Below, piece by piece: positions 1 through 10,427 of a stretch of 64,000 nt of DNA. The stretch is taken from positions 7,136,001 through 7,200,000 of the forward strand of contig CBDDPY010000002.1 in the NCBI GenBank assembly GCA_965232515.1. Direction: 5' to 3'. Position 1 is the first letter of the stretch; every line of letters starts with the position of its first letter. This DNA comes from Alphaproteobacteria bacterium. GTDB taxonomy: Bacteria; Pseudomonadota; Alphaproteobacteria; GCA-2731375. The notes beneath the pieces were generated by a model. It was not told where the DNA came from, ran no database searches, and worked only from the letters and a program-made list of their open reading frames with translations. The position numbers and the translations under genes were made by a program.

Positions 1-607
1 GCAGGGCGGCGACGAAGATGATGAACAGGAAAGGCGTCCATTGCCAGACATCCGCGAGGATAAGCAGCAGCCGCGACATCCAGATCGACGAGGGGATCGC
101 GAGGTTCGCATCGATCAACCCGACCTGCATCAGCAAATCCGAGACGACCCGGGCATCGAGAAAGGCAAGCTTGAAGATGAAAGCCACCGCCGAGGGCATG
201 AACAGCATGGGGATCAGGAAGACGATGCGCCAGCCCTGCACCCAGGGATCGCGATAGGCGTGAAACGCCAGGGTCAGCGCGATGGCGCATTGCAACGCCA
301 GCGCAATCGCGCCGATGACCAGTGTGTTCCAGAGCGCCGCCCAGAATTCGCGGTCGTTGAACAGGTCGATGTAGTTCTCAAACCCGACCGGGCGCCAGGG
401 CCCGAACTTGACGTGATAAAAACTCTGGATGACCGCATAGGCGCCCGGATAGAGGGTGATCATCAAGAGATAGAGAACCGCCGGCGCCACCAGCAGATAG
501 GGGAAAAGCGCGCGCATGCGTCTGCTGCGTCGCACCAACGGTCTCGCTGCCGGCGCCGCCGGGGCGACCGCGGTCGCCCCGGCATTCGCCAGGGAGGATT
601 CGCTCAT
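1..607 (-). CDS. Carbohydrate ABC transporter permease (runs off the left edge)
   Basis: Read manually on the minus strand from ATG at 607: ...LFPYLLVAPAVLYLLMITLYP...VGFENYIDLFND...DVWQWTPFLFIIFVAAL. These are MalF/UgpA-type motifs, directly downstream of a sugar-binding protein. Confidence 0.88.
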   Translation of the reverse strand, partial: MSESSLANAGATAVAPAAPAARPLVRRSRRMRALFPYLLVAPAVLYLLMITLYPGAYAVIQSFYHVKFGPWRPVGFENYIDLFNDREFWAALWNTLVIGAIALALQCAIALTLAFHAYRDPWVQGWRIVFLIPMLFMPSAVAFIFKLAFLDARVVSDLLMQVGLIDANLAIPSSIWMSRLLLILADVWQWTPFLFIIFVAAL

Positions 608-643
608 CAAGGAGGCCCCTGACGGACGTGTTGTCCCGACGGA

Positions 644-2197
644 TCAGAACGGCAGCGGCTTGCCTTCGCCAACATACAGGCCCGTCGCCGCGGCGGCGTA
701 TTCCACCGGCGGTTTGCTGCCGTAGAACCCGTTGTCCTCCATGATTTTGCGCACGGCCGCCACGCCGTTGTCCAGCGCTTCCTTGGCCGAGATCTGGCCG
801 ACCACGGCGCGATTGATCTCGTTGCCGATGGCCTGCTCCATGTTGAACATGCCGGGCAGGCGCGGCGCGCACCAGGCGTGGTCCAGGCTGTCGCCCCAGA
901 CCTTGGCGGGCTGGCTGACCTTTTGCAGGTCGGTATTGTTGAGAACCGAGCGGTAGCCCGGCGCGACACCGTTCGCGTTGGCCTCGTTCATCGCCATGAT
1001 CGAAGCGGTGGTCAGGAATGCCAGCATCAGGAATGCGCCCTCGGCGTTCTGCGCCGATGCCGAGACGCATGACGTCGATCCGGCGATGTTCGGCGGCGCG
1101 AAGCGTCCGCCCGCGATCCGGGGCTCGTAGACGGTGACGAAGTCGTCGACGATCTGCGACTGGTCGGGGCGCATTGCCTGGGTGCCCGAGTCCTGCCAGC
1201 TGATATTGGTCGCCAGCTGCCCGCCGAGCCAGGCCGCGCGGTTTTCCGGCCACCCGGCGCCCGCATGCCCTTCATTGGCGTTCTCGACCAGCTTGAGGAT
1301 GATCTCGAGGCCCTGCATGCCGGCGTCGTTGTTGAAGATCGGCTGCCAGTTCTCGTCGAACAGCATCATGCCGGCCTGCGCGGCGATGTGTTCCCACGTG
1401 TAGGTCGACCAAAAGCCGCGCGCGGCCATCAGGCCCACGCCGGCGACGCCGGGCTCGACTTTGTTGAGTTCCTTCGAGACGCGGATCAGCTCGTCGTAAC
1501 TCGGGATCGAGTTCACCTTGTCGACGGCCCCGCCCAGGATCTTTTCCATGTAACCCTTGCGGACATGGACCATCTGGATGTCGCAGTCGAATGGGATACC
1601 GTACATGGTTCCGTTGAAGAAGCCGTAGTTCAGGCGATAGGTGTCATAGAAGTCGTCGAGCGGCAGGCCCCATTTCGCGGCGAAATCTTCGAGCGGGGCG
1701 AGAAAGCCCGGCGCCGCGAAATCGCCCAGCCACGGCGAGAAGAACTGCAGCGCATCGAACGAGGCGTTGCCGGAAATGAATTCCGCCAGCGCCTTGTCAT
1801 AGAAACTGTCGTCCGGGATCGGCACCAGCTCGACCTTGATGCCCGAGAGCTGCTCGAAGGGCACGAGACCTTCGGCGGCCGACTCCTGATCGGCCGCGCC
1901 GATGGCGAAGCGGACGGTCGTTCCGGACAGTTCGGAGCGAACCCGCTCCCAATCCACGGTGCGGATCCAGTCTTTGTTGGGATCCCAAAGCGGGGCGTCG
2001 CTCATGTTGTAGAGCTTGCGATAATCCTCGCGGACGTAGCCGGAAACGGAAATGTTCTCCAGAACGCCGGCGGGATCGGGAAGGTGGCCGTCGGCAAACG
2101 CGGGCAATGACAGCTTGGTTCCGACGGCCCCGACGGTGCCGGCGGCGACGCCCGTTTTAATGAACGACCGGCGAGTTATCGAGTTGCGCTGGATCAT
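644..2197 (-). CDS. Sugar/polyol ABC transporter substrate-binding protein, Tat-exported
   Basis: Twin-arginine signal TRRSFIK; SBP family 1 features (SGIKVELV, MYGIPFDCD, AKEALD); GGGAGG RBS upstream. Confidence 0.88.
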   Translation of the reverse strand: MIQRNSITRRSFIKTGVAAGTVGAVGTKLSLPAFADGHLPDPAGVLENISVSGYVREDYRKLYNMSDAPLWDPNKDWIRTVDWERVRSELSGTTVRFAIGAADQESAAEGLVPFEQLSGIKVELVPIPDDSFYDKALAEFISGNASFDALQFFSPWLGDFAAPGFLAPLEDFAAKWGLPLDDFYDTYRLNYGFFNGTMYGIPFDCDIQMVHVRKGYMEKILGGAVDKVNSIPSYDELIRVSKELNKVEPGVAGVGLMAARGFWSTYTWEHIAAQAGMMLFDENWQPIFNNDAGMQGLEIILKLVENANEGHAGAGWPENRAAWLGGQLATNISWQDSGTQAMRPDQSQIVDDFVTVYEPRIAGGRFAPPNIAGSTSCVSASAQNAEGAFLMLAFLTTASIMAMNEANANGVAPGYRSVLNNTDLQKVSQPAKVWGDSLDHAWCAPRLPGMFNMEQAIGNEINRAVVGQISAKEALDNGVAAVRKIMEDNGFYGSKPPVEYAAAATGLYVGEGKPLPF

Positions 2198-2297
2198 CTT
2201 GGGTTACCTCCCGTAGTGCGTTGGTCTTGGAGGCGTTCCCCGCAGAAAGCGCCGGAGCAAGCCGCCAATGACATTCCCCTGTTAGCCACCATCGAAA

Positions 2298-2461
2298 TTT
2301 AGAACATTTAGTGGATAGTGATAACGTATGTTCAATAGATCTGAGCTGTCAACCCAAAGGAGTAAGCACAAAAGCCTGTATTTTGTGTTGCAATGCAGCA
2401 TTCGCGACCGTTGATATTGGGTATTGAACACAAGAATTGACTATTGAACAAAAGTTCTAAA
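2298..2461. promoter_or_regulatory. AT-rich divergent promoter region with repeated TATTGAACA / TGTTCAATA operator-like elements
   Basis: TATTGAACA at 2422-2430 and 2442-2450, its reverse complement at 2329-2337, and a near-palindrome TTGAACAAAAGTTCTAA at 2444-2460. The SorC-family regulator at 7285 is the candidate binder (inference). Confidence 0.55.
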
Positions 2462-2511
2462 TAGTGCTGCGAAATTTGGTGCTTGCGAACTTTCCGGTTG
2501 GAGCCTGCGAT

Positions 2512-3855
2512 ATGACCAGCAATGTAGCGCCCACAGGGCTGGCCCGAGATCTGAAACGCCGCGCCGACACGGGGCGTCCCATCAGGATCGGCCTCATCGG
2601 CTCCGGCGAAATGGGGACGGACATCGTCGCCCGCACCACGATGATGGATGGGATCGAGGTCGCGGCGATTGCCGATCTCAACGCCGCCGCGGCGCATGGC
2701 GCGGTCGAGATCGCCAGGCAGGAGAAGGGGCATTCGTCCGACGCCGAGACGGCGTCAGCGCTCAATGCCGTGATCGAAAGCGGTCGGACAGCGGTCGCCG
2801 CCGACGCCCATCACATCCTGGAAAGCGGACTGATCGATGTGGTGATCGATGCCACCGGGATGCCCGCCGTCGGCGCCGAGCTTGGCCTGAGCGCCATGGA
2901 GCACGGCAAGCACCTCGTGATGATGAACGTCGAGGCCGATGTCACCATCGGCTCGTATCTCAGGCGACAGGCGGATCGGCTGGGGGTCGTGTACACGCTC
3001 GGCGCCGGCGACGAGCCATCGTCTTGCATGGAGCTGATCGAGTTCGTTTCGGCGATGGGGCACAGTATCGTCGCGGCCGGCAAGGGGAAGAACAACCCGC
3101 TCAACATCGACGCCACGCCGGACGCCTATGTCGAAGAAGCCACCGCGCGCAACATGAGCGCGCGCATGCTGGTTGAGTTCGTCGACGGGTCGAAGACGAT
3201 GGTCGAGATGGCCGCGATCGCCAACGCGACCGGACTGATTCCCGACAAACCGGGCATGCACGGGCCGGCGGCCGGTCCGAAGGAACTAGCCAGCGTTCTC
3301 GTGCCAACCGCCGATGGCGGCGTTCTGAGCGCCCCGGGCCGCGTGGATTTTTCCGTCGGCAGCGGTCTGGCGCCCGGCGTTTTCGTCGTGGCCAAGGCCG
3401 AACACCCGCGGGTTCATGAACGGATGACGGATCTGAAAATGGGCGACGGGCCCTATTTCGCCTTCATCCGGCCCTATCACCTGACGTCGCTGGAAGTGCC
3501 GCTCACCTGTGCCCGTGCGGTGCTGTACGGCAAGGCGGACATGACGCCGCTGGACAGGCCTACCGCCGAGGTTTGCGCGGTCGCGAAGCGGGATCTGACG
3601 CCGGGCGATACGCTCGATCAGATCGGTGAGTATTGCTATCGGGCCTGGATCATGGAGGCCGGCGAGGCCCGGGATGCGCAAGCCATCCCCTGCGGGCTAT
3701 TGGCCGGCTGCACGGTCACCGCGGCCGTCAAGAGAGGCGAGCTGATCACCTACGGCAACGCCAAGGTGCCGGCCGATTCGAGGATCGCGGCCCTGCGGGC
3801 CCGGCAGGATGAACTGCTGTTCGATAAAGCCGCGGATGAGTTGGTGGATGCCTGA
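2512..3855 (+). CDS. Homoserine-dehydrogenase-like NAD(P)-dependent oxidoreductase with C-terminal SAF domain (COG4091-like)
   Basis: Rossmann motif [10 protein letters not shown]; conserved [16 protein letters not shown] and [11 protein letters not shown]; SAF-like C-terminus ([12 protein letters not shown]). Confidence 0.82.
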   Translation: MTSNVAPTGLARDLKRRADTGRPIRIGLIGSGEMGTDIVARTTMMDGIEVAAIADLNAAAAHGAVEIARQEKGHSSDAETASALNAVIESGRTAVAADAHHILESGLIDVVIDATGMPAVGAELGLSAMEHGKHLVMMNVEADVTIGSYLRRQADRLGVVYTLGAGDEPSSCMELIEFVSAMGHSIVAAGKGKNNPLNIDATPDAYVEEATARNMSARMLVEFVDGSKTMVEMAAIANATGLIPDKPGMHGPAAGPKELASVLVPTADGGVLSAPGRVDFSVGSGLAPGVFVVAKAEHPRVHERMTDLKMGDGPYFAFIRPYHLTSLEVPLTCARAVLYGKADMTPLDRPTAEVCAVAKRDLTPGDTLDQIGEYCYRAWIMEAGEARDAQAIPCGLLAGCTVTAAVKRGELITYGNAKVPADSRIAALRARQDELLFDKAADELVDA

Positions 3856-4858
3856 TACCGCGCAGGAAAACGTCCCCTTCGCGATCCGTGAGTATTCCTC
3901 GCAGGACCTTAAATCGGCCCTGCGCAAGATGTACCTGATCCGGAAGTTCGAGGAAGGCGCCGAGGACTGCTACATGCGTGGTCTGATTCACGGCACCATG
4001 CACTTGTCGATCGGGCAAGAAGCAAGCGCGGTCGCGTCCTGCATGCCGCTGAGCGACGACGACATGATCACCTCGACGCATCGCGGCCACGGTCATTGCG
4101 TGGCGAAAGGCGCTGAGCTGGCAAGGATGTTCGCCGAATTCTTCGGCAAGGAAAGCGGCTATTGCCGGGGCCGCGGCGGCTCCATGCACATTGCCGATGT
4201 CGAAAAGGGAAACCTTGGGGCGAACGGGATCGTCGGCGGCGGCATTCCGATCGCAGTCGGTGCCGCCCTTTCCGCCAAACGCCTGCGCACCGGCGCCGTC
4301 ACGGTCTGTTTTTTCGGGGACGGCGCCAACAACGAGGGTGCGTTCCACGAAGCCCTGAACATGGCGTCCGTTTGGAAGCTGCCGGTCGTCTTCGTCTGCG
4401 AAAACAACAAATACGGCATGTCGACATCGACCGAACGGTCCACCGCGGTCGGATCGATCGCCGATCGCGCCAGCGCCTACGCCATTCCGGGGACGTCCGT
4501 CGACGGCAACGATTTCTCGCAGGTCGCCGAGGCCGTCACCGTAGCCGTCCTGCGGGCGCGAGCCGGAGAAGGACCGAGCCTGATCGAGTCCGTGACCTAC
4601 CGGTGGCGCGGTCATTCGAAGTCGGACCGCAACCGGTACCGGACAAAAGAAGAAATCGCGGCTTGGATGGAAAAGGACCCGATCGCACGGTTTGCCAGGA
4701 TGCTGACGGATCACGGCGCCCTGACGCCCGAGGAGGTCGCCCGGCTTGAGGCCGACGCGGATAGCGAGATCGCCGCTGCCATTGAGTTCGCCAAAAACGA
4801 ACCCAGTCCGGATGCGGCGGCCGTGACGGAGGGCGTTTACACCGAGCTGAGCGCATGA
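3848..4858 (+). CDS. TPP-dependent dehydrogenase E1 alpha (acetoin/pyruvate dehydrogenase family)
   Basis: [19 protein letters not shown]-binding GDGA...NN and YRWRGHS motifs. Confidence 0.93.
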   Translation: MPDTAQENVPFAIREYSSQDLKSALRKMYLIRKFEEGAEDCYMRGLIHGTMHLSIGQEASAVASCMPLSDDDMITSTHRGHGHCVAKGAELARMFAEFFGKESGYCRGRGGSMHIADVEKGNLGANGIVGGGIPIAVGAALSAKRLRTGAVTVCFFGDGANNEGAFHEALNMASVWKLPVVFVCENNKYGMSTSTERSTAVGSIADRASAYAIPGTSVDGNDFSQVAEAVTVAVLRARAGEGPSLIESVTYRWRGHSKSDRNRYRTKEEIAAWMEKDPIARFARMLTDHGALTPEEVARLEADADSEIAAAIEFAKNEPSPDAAAVTEGVYTELSA

Positions 4859-5871
4859 ATCACATGGCGGATGTCGGTCACGTCGCCCGCGAGATCTCCT
4901 ATGCCGAGGCGCTCCGGGACGCGATGGACGTCGCGCTTGGCGCCGATGAGCGTGTCATCGTGATGGGTGAGGACATCGGCGTTTACGGCGGCGCGTTTCA
5001 GGTGACCGGGAACCTGGTGGACAAATACGGCGAGGAACGTGTCATCGACACGCCGATCTCCGAGCTTGGTGGCGCCGGCGTCGCCGTGGGCGCGGCCATG
5101 ACCGGGCTCCGGCCGATTTTCGAGTTTCAGTTCTCGGACTTCGCCACGCTCGCCATGGAGCAGATCGTCAACCAGGCGGCGAAGATGCGCTACATGCTTG
5201 GTGGCGCCGTCTCGGTGCCCGTCGTCATGCGCTTTCCGGCCGGATCCGGCACCGGCGCGGCGGCCCAGCACAGCCAAAGTCTCGAGGCCTGGTTTGCGCA
5301 TGTGCCCGGCCTGAAGGTGGTTCAACCATCGACGCCCAAGGATGCCAAGGGCCTGCTGCTGGCGGCGCTCGAAGATCCGGATCCGGTCATGATCTTCGAG
5401 CACAAGCTGCTCTACAAAACGAAAGGCCAAGTACCGGAAGGGCATTACACGACGCCGATCGGAAAGGCCGCGGTTCGTCGCCAGGGCGACGATCTGACCA
5501 TCGTTGCCACGTCGATCATGGTGCAGAAGTCGCTGGAGGCCGCCGACGCGATCTTCGCCGAAGGAATCTCGGCCGAGGTGATCGACCTCAGATCGATCCG
5601 CCCGATGGATCGTGAGACCGTTCTCGAAAGCGTACGCAAGACCGGGCGGCTGCTCTGTGTCTACGAGGCGGTGAAGACATTGGGGGTGGGTGCAGAGATC
5701 AGCGCCATGGTTGCCGAAAGCGACGCCTTCGATTTCCTGGACGCGCCGATCGTCCGCTTGGGCGGCGCGGAATGCCCGATCCCCTACAATCCCGACCTGG
5801 AGAAAGCCGCGGTGCCCCAGGTCGCCGGCATTGTCGAGGCGGCACGGGGCTTGGTCTCCGGAAAGATCTGA
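4855..5871 (+). CDS. TPP-dependent dehydrogenase E1 beta
   Basis: [15 protein letters not shown] and AAQHSQ motifs; ATGA overlap with E1 alpha. Confidence 0.93.
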   Translation: MNHMADVGHVAREISYAEALRDAMDVALGADERVIVMGEDIGVYGGAFQVTGNLVDKYGEERVIDTPISELGGAGVAVGAAMTGLRPIFEFQFSDFATLAMEQIVNQAAKMRYMLGGAVSVPVVMRFPAGSGTGAAAQHSQSLEAWFAHVPGLKVVQPSTPKDAKGLLLAALEDPDPVMIFEHKLLYKTKGQVPEGHYTTPIGKAAVRRQGDDLTIVATSIMVQKSLEAADAIFAEGISAEVIDLRSIRPMDRETVLESVRKTGRLLCVYEAVKTLGVGAEISAMVAESDAFDFLDAPIVRLGGAECPIPYNPDLEKAAVPQVAGIVEAARGLVSGKI

Positions 5872-5872
5872 G

Positions 5873-7141
5873 ATGCCGACCGAGGTTATCCTCCCAAAGG
5901 TCGACATGGATATGGCGACCGGCGTGATCGCCGCCTGGCATGTCTCGGAAGGCGAGCGGGTCGAGAAGTCCGCGCCGCTTTTTGACATCGAGACCGATAA
6001 GGCGGCGATGGAGGTCGAAAGCCCGGCGACGGGGATATTGGGCCATGTGCGCGCGCAGGCGGGCGCCGAAGTGGCCATCGGCGTCGTCGTCGCCTGGATA
6101 TACGCCGACGGCGAAACGATTGGAGACCGACCGCCAAAAGCGTCGGACGACGCGCACAAGGCGGCCGACCCGGTCGCCGAAACCGTTGGCGAGGCGCCAG
6201 TCTCGCCGCGGCACGCCGAGGCCCCGTGCCGGCCGCTCCGGAAACCGAGGGCGACGCCGCTGGCGCGACGGATCGCTAAGGAGGCTGGCATCGACCTGAG
6301 CACCGTCGAAGGGACGGGACCGCGCGGTCGAGTTGTCAAATCGGATGTCATCGCGGCCATCGAAGCCCGGACGGAAACCCTGCCGGCCAATCGATCCTTG
6401 TCGGCGCCAGAGCCCGCGGCGGCGGCCGCGCCGCGGACCGCAACGGATCGGCCGCACGAGGTCATCGAACTCGACAATATGCGCCGCACGATCGCCGCGC
6501 GCCTGACCCGATCGACGCAGACCGTCCCGCATTTCTACCTGCGGCGGGACATCCGGCTCGACACGCTGTTGGATCTGCGCGCGAGCTTGAACCGTCGGCG
6601 AGCCGACGACGGCCTTAAGATCTCCGTCAATGATTTCCTTATCAAGGCCTGCGCCCGAGCGCTGCAGAAGGTCCCGGAAGCGAATGTCAGCTGGGCCGAC
6701 GATCGCATGCTGCGCTTCATATCGTCCGATATTTCGGTGGCCGTGGCCTTGGAGGACGGACTGTTCACGCCGATCGTGCGCGATGCCGAGAAGAAGACGC
6801 TTTCCGCCATCTCGACGGAAATGAAGGCGCTCGCCGGCCGTGCCCGCGACCGAAAGCTTCAGCCCCATGAATACCAGGGCGGCGCATTCGCGATATCGAA
6901 CCTTGGCATGTTTGGGGTCGAGAGCTTCGACGCGATCATCAATCCACCGCAGTCGTCGATATTGGCCGCGGGCATTGCCACGCAGCGGCCGGTCGTGTCG
7001 AAAGAGGGCCGATTGGATGTCGCCACCGTCATGTCGGTGACGCTGAGCGTGGATCATCGCGCGATTGACGGCGCGTTGGGCGCAAGGTTTCTGGACGCCA
7101 TCGTCGAAGGGTTGGAGGCACCCTGCACGATGCTTGTCTAG
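5873..7141 (+). CDS. Dihydrolipoamide acyltransferase E2
   Basis: Lipoyl domain ETDKAAMEV; subunit-binding domain ATPLARRIA...GTGPRGRV; catalytic DHRAIDGA. Confidence 0.93.
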   Translation: MPTEVILPKVDMDMATGVIAAWHVSEGERVEKSAPLFDIETDKAAMEVESPATGILGHVRAQAGAEVAIGVVVAWIYADGETIGDRPPKASDDAHKAADPVAETVGEAPVSPRHAEAPCRPLRKPRATPLARRIAKEAGIDLSTVEGTGPRGRVVKSDVIAAIEARTETLPANRSLSAPEPAAAAAPRTATDRPHEVIELDNMRRTIAARLTRSTQTVPHFYLRRDIRLDTLLDLRASLNRRRADDGLKISVNDFLIKACARALQKVPEANVSWADDRMLRFISSDISVAVALEDGLFTPIVRDAEKKTLSAISTEMKALAGRARDRKLQPHEYQGGAFAISNLGMFGVESFDAIINPPQSSILAAGIATQRPVVSKEGRLDVATVMSVTLSVDHRAIDGALGARFLDAIVEGLEAPCTMLV

Positions 7142-7284
7142 CGTCGCTGGCAGCGTGCGTGCGTTGTGATAACTTGGTTGCCGGCGGCGTTGCCCGCGAT
7201 TTGAAACATGGAGACCAGTTCAGTTTGGACGATCAGCCGGCAGACCCCAATGAGGCGAACGCTTCACCGGCACGGCCCGTTCGG

Positions 7285-8265
7285 ATGGCTTCGGATCTCA
7301 ACAAGGAGCTTCGAATTCGGGCCGCGTGGATTTACTACATCGAAGGTCACACGCAAAACGAGGTCGCGAATGCGCTTGGCGTAAACCGGGTAACCGTTAC
7401 CCGGCTGCTGTCCGAAGCGCGCAGTCGCGGTGAAGTTTCCATCCGGGTGAGATCCGAGCTCGAGCCGGTGATCTCGTTGGAACGGCGTCTTGAGCGGAAA
7501 TTCGGCCTGAAGCGCGCGGTCGTTTCCCCGTTCATGGATGCCGAAGCCGATCCCATTCGCGCAATCGCGGCCGCCGCCGGCCCCTATATCTCGCGAGTCA
7601 TTGAGCCGAACATGACGATCGGCGTGGGCTGGGGCAGAACGCTGCATGCGACATTGGGTTTCCTGGAAGGACGCCGCGTCAAGAACCTGCGCGTGGTGTC
7701 GTTGCTCGGCGGCATCACGGAGGCGAAGCGGTTCAATCCGGCCGAATGCGCCTGGCAGTTCGCCGAACTGTTTGATGCCGAAGGCTTCCTGGTGCCGGCG
7801 CCGGCGATTGTCGACAGCCCCGAGACCAAACACGCCTTATTGGAGCGTTGCGGTTTGGACCAGGTGTTTCAGATCGCCGAGGCCAGCGATATCGCCATTA
7901 TCAGCTGCGGCGGCATTGGCGACCTGACGACGTCGTACCGCCTCGGTCACTTGACGGAGGCCGAGCGGCAGGCGCTGGAGGATGCCGGCGCTGTTGGCGA
8001 TGTGCTCTATAACTTCGTCGACGAGAATGGTGTGGTGATCGACCATCCGATCAATCGGCGCTGCGTCTCGATGGGCCTCGACCGCCTGCAGCGCGTGTCG
8101 AAACGTATTCTCGTCTCGGGCGGACCCGAGAAGAAGCAGATCATGCAGGCGTCGATCAAATGCCTGAGACCGACGGTGATCATCACCGACGAACAGACGG
8201 CTCACGGTTTGTTGGAAGACGATGCGCCTGCCGGCTCCAACGGCAGCATGGGAAGCTCCGCTTGA
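7285..8265 (+). CDS. SorC/DeoR-family sugar-binding transcriptional regulator
   Basis: N-terminal HTH (AAWIYYIEGHTQNEVA...RVTVTRLL), IGVGWGRTL and GAVGDV. The start may be the upstream TTG at 7225. Confidence 0.88.
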   Translation: MASDLNKELRIRAAWIYYIEGHTQNEVANALGVNRVTVTRLLSEARSRGEVSIRVRSELEPVISLERRLERKFGLKRAVVSPFMDAEADPIRAIAAAAGPYISRVIEPNMTIGVGWGRTLHATLGFLEGRRVKNLRVVSLLGGITEAKRFNPAECAWQFAELFDAEGFLVPAPAIVDSPETKHALLERCGLDQVFQIAEASDIAIISCGGIGDLTTSYRLGHLTEAERQALEDAGAVGDVLYNFVDENGVVIDHPINRRCVSMGLDRLQRVSKRILVSGGPEKKQIMQASIKCLRPTVIITDEQTAHGLLEDDAPAGSNGSMGSSA

Positions 8266-8376
8266 CGGCTCCAGCTTTGCTGATGGCTCATTGACGGCCT
8301 TCGCCGATCGCGATTTTCACGTCCCTCGACCCGAAGGGGATCTCGCCCTTCAAGATCGCGCCGCGTGACCGACAGG

Positions 8377-8820
8377 TCACTCGGCGGCAAGGACCGGGAT
8401 GTCGTCCGGCGCGGCGCGTTCGGCGTGTTTGAGGAGCGATTTTATGGTGATCGACTTCAGGGTTGCCTTGGCCATCTCGTCGATTTCGTCCCGTACGCTG
8501 CGCAAGGCGCCGGCAATGGGCGTCGAATCCCGCTCTTCGATGTCTGGAAAGACCAGTTCCGTTTCCAGCGGCTCGAACAGCTCGATGATGTCCCAGAGGG
8601 TGGTCCGCCTGACATTGCCGGAGAAACGATAGCCCCCGCCCGCGCCGCGCACCGACTGGGCGAGCCCGGCACGTACCAGGGCACGCATGACCTTGGCGAG
8701 ATGATGCGATGAGATGCCGTATTTGTCGGCGATATCCGCGGTCGATAGCTGTCGTTCCGGATCGCTCGCCAACTCCAGGACGGCATAAAGCGCAAACAGG
8801 CTGGATTTCTGAAGCTTCAT
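8377..8820 (-). CDS. badM: Rrf2-family transcriptional repressor, BadM-like
   Basis: MKLQKSSLFALYAVLELA...SVRGAGGGY winged helix; no Fe-S Cys triad; located inside a benzoyl-CoA reductase cluster. Confidence 0.75.
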   Translation of the reverse strand: MKLQKSSLFALYAVLELASDPERQLSTADIADKYGISSHHLAKVMRALVRAGLAQSVRGAGGGYRFSGNVRRTTLWDIIELFEPLETELVFPDIEERDSTPIAGALRSVRDEIDEMAKATLKSITIKSLLKHAERAAPDDIPVLAAE

Positions 8821-8845
8821 CTGGCGTGCCGAATCCTTCACAGCG

Positions 8846-8869
8846 CGGAAATCTGGTACCTGAATACGA
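8846..8869. promoter_or_regulatory. Putative operator copy 1, CGGAAAT-CTG-GTAC-CTG-AATACGA, upstream of badM
   Basis: Perfect right half and GTAC core of the 24-bp palindrome also found at 13084, 20574 and 29217. Confidence 0.6.
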
Positions 8870-8944
8870 TATTTAAGTCGTTCTCGCCATGCGTTCGTCA
8901 AGCGCGCAACCGCTTTGCCATCCACGAGGCAACCGCCGTTGCGG

Positions 8945-9400
8945 TCAGTCGAGCGGCCGTTCCAGCTCGATGAAGGCGCCGGCCGTCAGCCCCTGGCTGC
9001 GGAAAAACGACAGGTTGAGCGTGTCCCGGCGAGAAATCATCGTCCGGACGGTGTCGACGCCAGCCGCCTTGAAGCGACCGCAGATCTCGTCGAACAGTAG
9101 GCTGCCGATCCGCCGCTCCCGGGCGTCCGGCGAGACATTGACGGCGAAGACCCAGCCGCACGGCGGCGAACCGAATTCCCAGGCGCGGACCTCTCCGACG
9201 ATGAAGCCGACGACGGCACGATCGTGCTCGGCGATCAGCACGAACCGGTTCTCGCGGTGCGCTTCGACATAGCGCTGGAAGATATCGGCCCAATAGGCGG
9301 GCTTGGCCAGATCGGTCGCGCGCTCGTCGAGCGCCACGACCGCCGCGAGATCGGAAGCCGTCGCATCGCGGATTATCATTGTGGCAAGGTCAGGCGGCAT
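8945..9400 (-). CDS. GNAT N-acetyltransferase (BadL-like)
   Basis: GNAT fold with VNVSPDARERRIGSLL acetyl-CoA motif; adjacent to the badM-like gene. Confidence 0.8.
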   Translation of the reverse strand: MPPDLATMIIRDATASDLAAVVALDERATDLAKPAYWADIFQRYVEAHRENRFVLIAEHDRAVVGFIVGEVRAWEFGSPPCGWVFAVNVSPDARERRIGSLLFDEICGRFKAAGVDTVRTMISRRDTLNLSFFRSQGLTAGAFIELERPLD

Positions 9401-9481
9401 GAGAGATCAAGGTTGGCCAGCAGCATTGGTCCCGTCCCATCTTACCGCCGCTTCATCCAAATCCATCGGCATTCGTTGCCG

Positions 9482-9877
9482 TCAAACCGGGATGACCGCC
9501 GTCGCTTCCAATTCGATCTTGCCCGGTTCGTCCAGCAGGTCGGCGACGAAGATCATGCTCATGGCCGGGAAATGCTGACCCAGGAGGCGGCGCCAGATCC
9601 GTCCCAGCTCGGGCCGGGCGGCGAGATAGGCCGGCTTGTCGATACAATAGGCCGTCATCCGGCAGATCTGTTCCGGCGAGCCGCCCGCCTCGGCCAGCAC
9701 CGCCAGCACGTTCTTCAGCGCCTGCTCGAACTGCGGCGCCAGTTCCGCGCTCTCGAATTCCTGCGCCGCGTTCCAGCCGACCTGTCCGGCGATAAAGACG
9801 ATACGTCCCGCCGGCACCGCGATCCCATTGCTGTAGCCGACGGGTGCTTTCCAGCCCTCGGGCATCAGGATCGTCAT
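9482..9877 (-). CDS. RidA/YjgF-family protein
   Basis: GYSNG, IAGQVG, FPAMS and KIELEATA motifs. Confidence 0.88.
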   Translation of the reverse strand: MTILMPEGWKAPVGYSNGIAVPAGRIVFIAGQVGWNAAQEFESAELAPQFEQALKNVLAVLAEAGGSPEQICRMTAYCIDKPAYLAARPELGRIWRRLLGQHFPAMSMIFVADLLDEPGKIELEATAVIPV

Positions 9878-9902
9878 GCGCGCATTCCTCCTCGTCTGGC
9901 CG

Positions 9903-10427
9903 TCACTGCGGCACGGATGCGTCCCAATCGTCGCGTGGCACCTCCGTTGTGGCCGGGTACTTGTCGAGCCATGCGTCCATCAGGCGAACGTGCGCGCGTT
10001 CTTCTTCGGCGAAGTCGAACGCCAATTGCTTCAGCGGCCCGCTATCTGCCTCCGCGGCGATCGTTTCGTAGAACTTGAGCGCCCGCTCCTCGTTGTGGCG
10101 GGCGAGGCGTAAGGCCTGACGCGGCGTCAGGAGGTAGTCGATGTCCTCGAGCATCGTGGTTTCGGGGCCTTCGGGGTCCAGCCAGCTGTAGCTCCACGGC
10201 GCCCGATGCGGGATCGAGGTGTCGCCGGACCGGTCGACGATTTGGTTCGCATGGTTCGCCTCGATATCGGCCATCTTGGCGAACAGGTCGGCGACCGTCG
10301 GATTGTTGTGTTCGCGCATCTGGTCGGCCAGTTCGCGGTACCTCTCCGCGGCCTCGCGTTCCATTTCGTAGGCGTGGGCGATCAGATCGTCGACATTGCC
10401 GATATCAGGCGACTGTTGTGTGGTCAT
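9903..10427 (-). CDS. Ferritin-like / rubrerythrin-family di-iron protein
   Basis: Two ExxH motifs (EANH, ERAH) and E..A..Y helices; ATGA overlap with the korB stop. Confidence 0.82.
   Translation of the reverse strand: MTTQQSPDIGNVDDLIAHAYEMEREAAERYRELADQMREHNNPTVADLFAKMADIEANHANQIVDRSGDTSIPHRAPWSYSWLDPEGPETTMLEDIDYLLTPRQALRLARHNEERALKFYETIAAEADSGPLKQLAFDFAEEERAHVRLMDAWLDKYPATTEVPRDDWDASVPQ

Noticed and set aside
8283-8376. Rho-independent terminator or REP element between convergent genes
   Set aside because: Only a 6-bp stem (GAAGGG/CCCTTC), with no U-tract and no second copy in the window.
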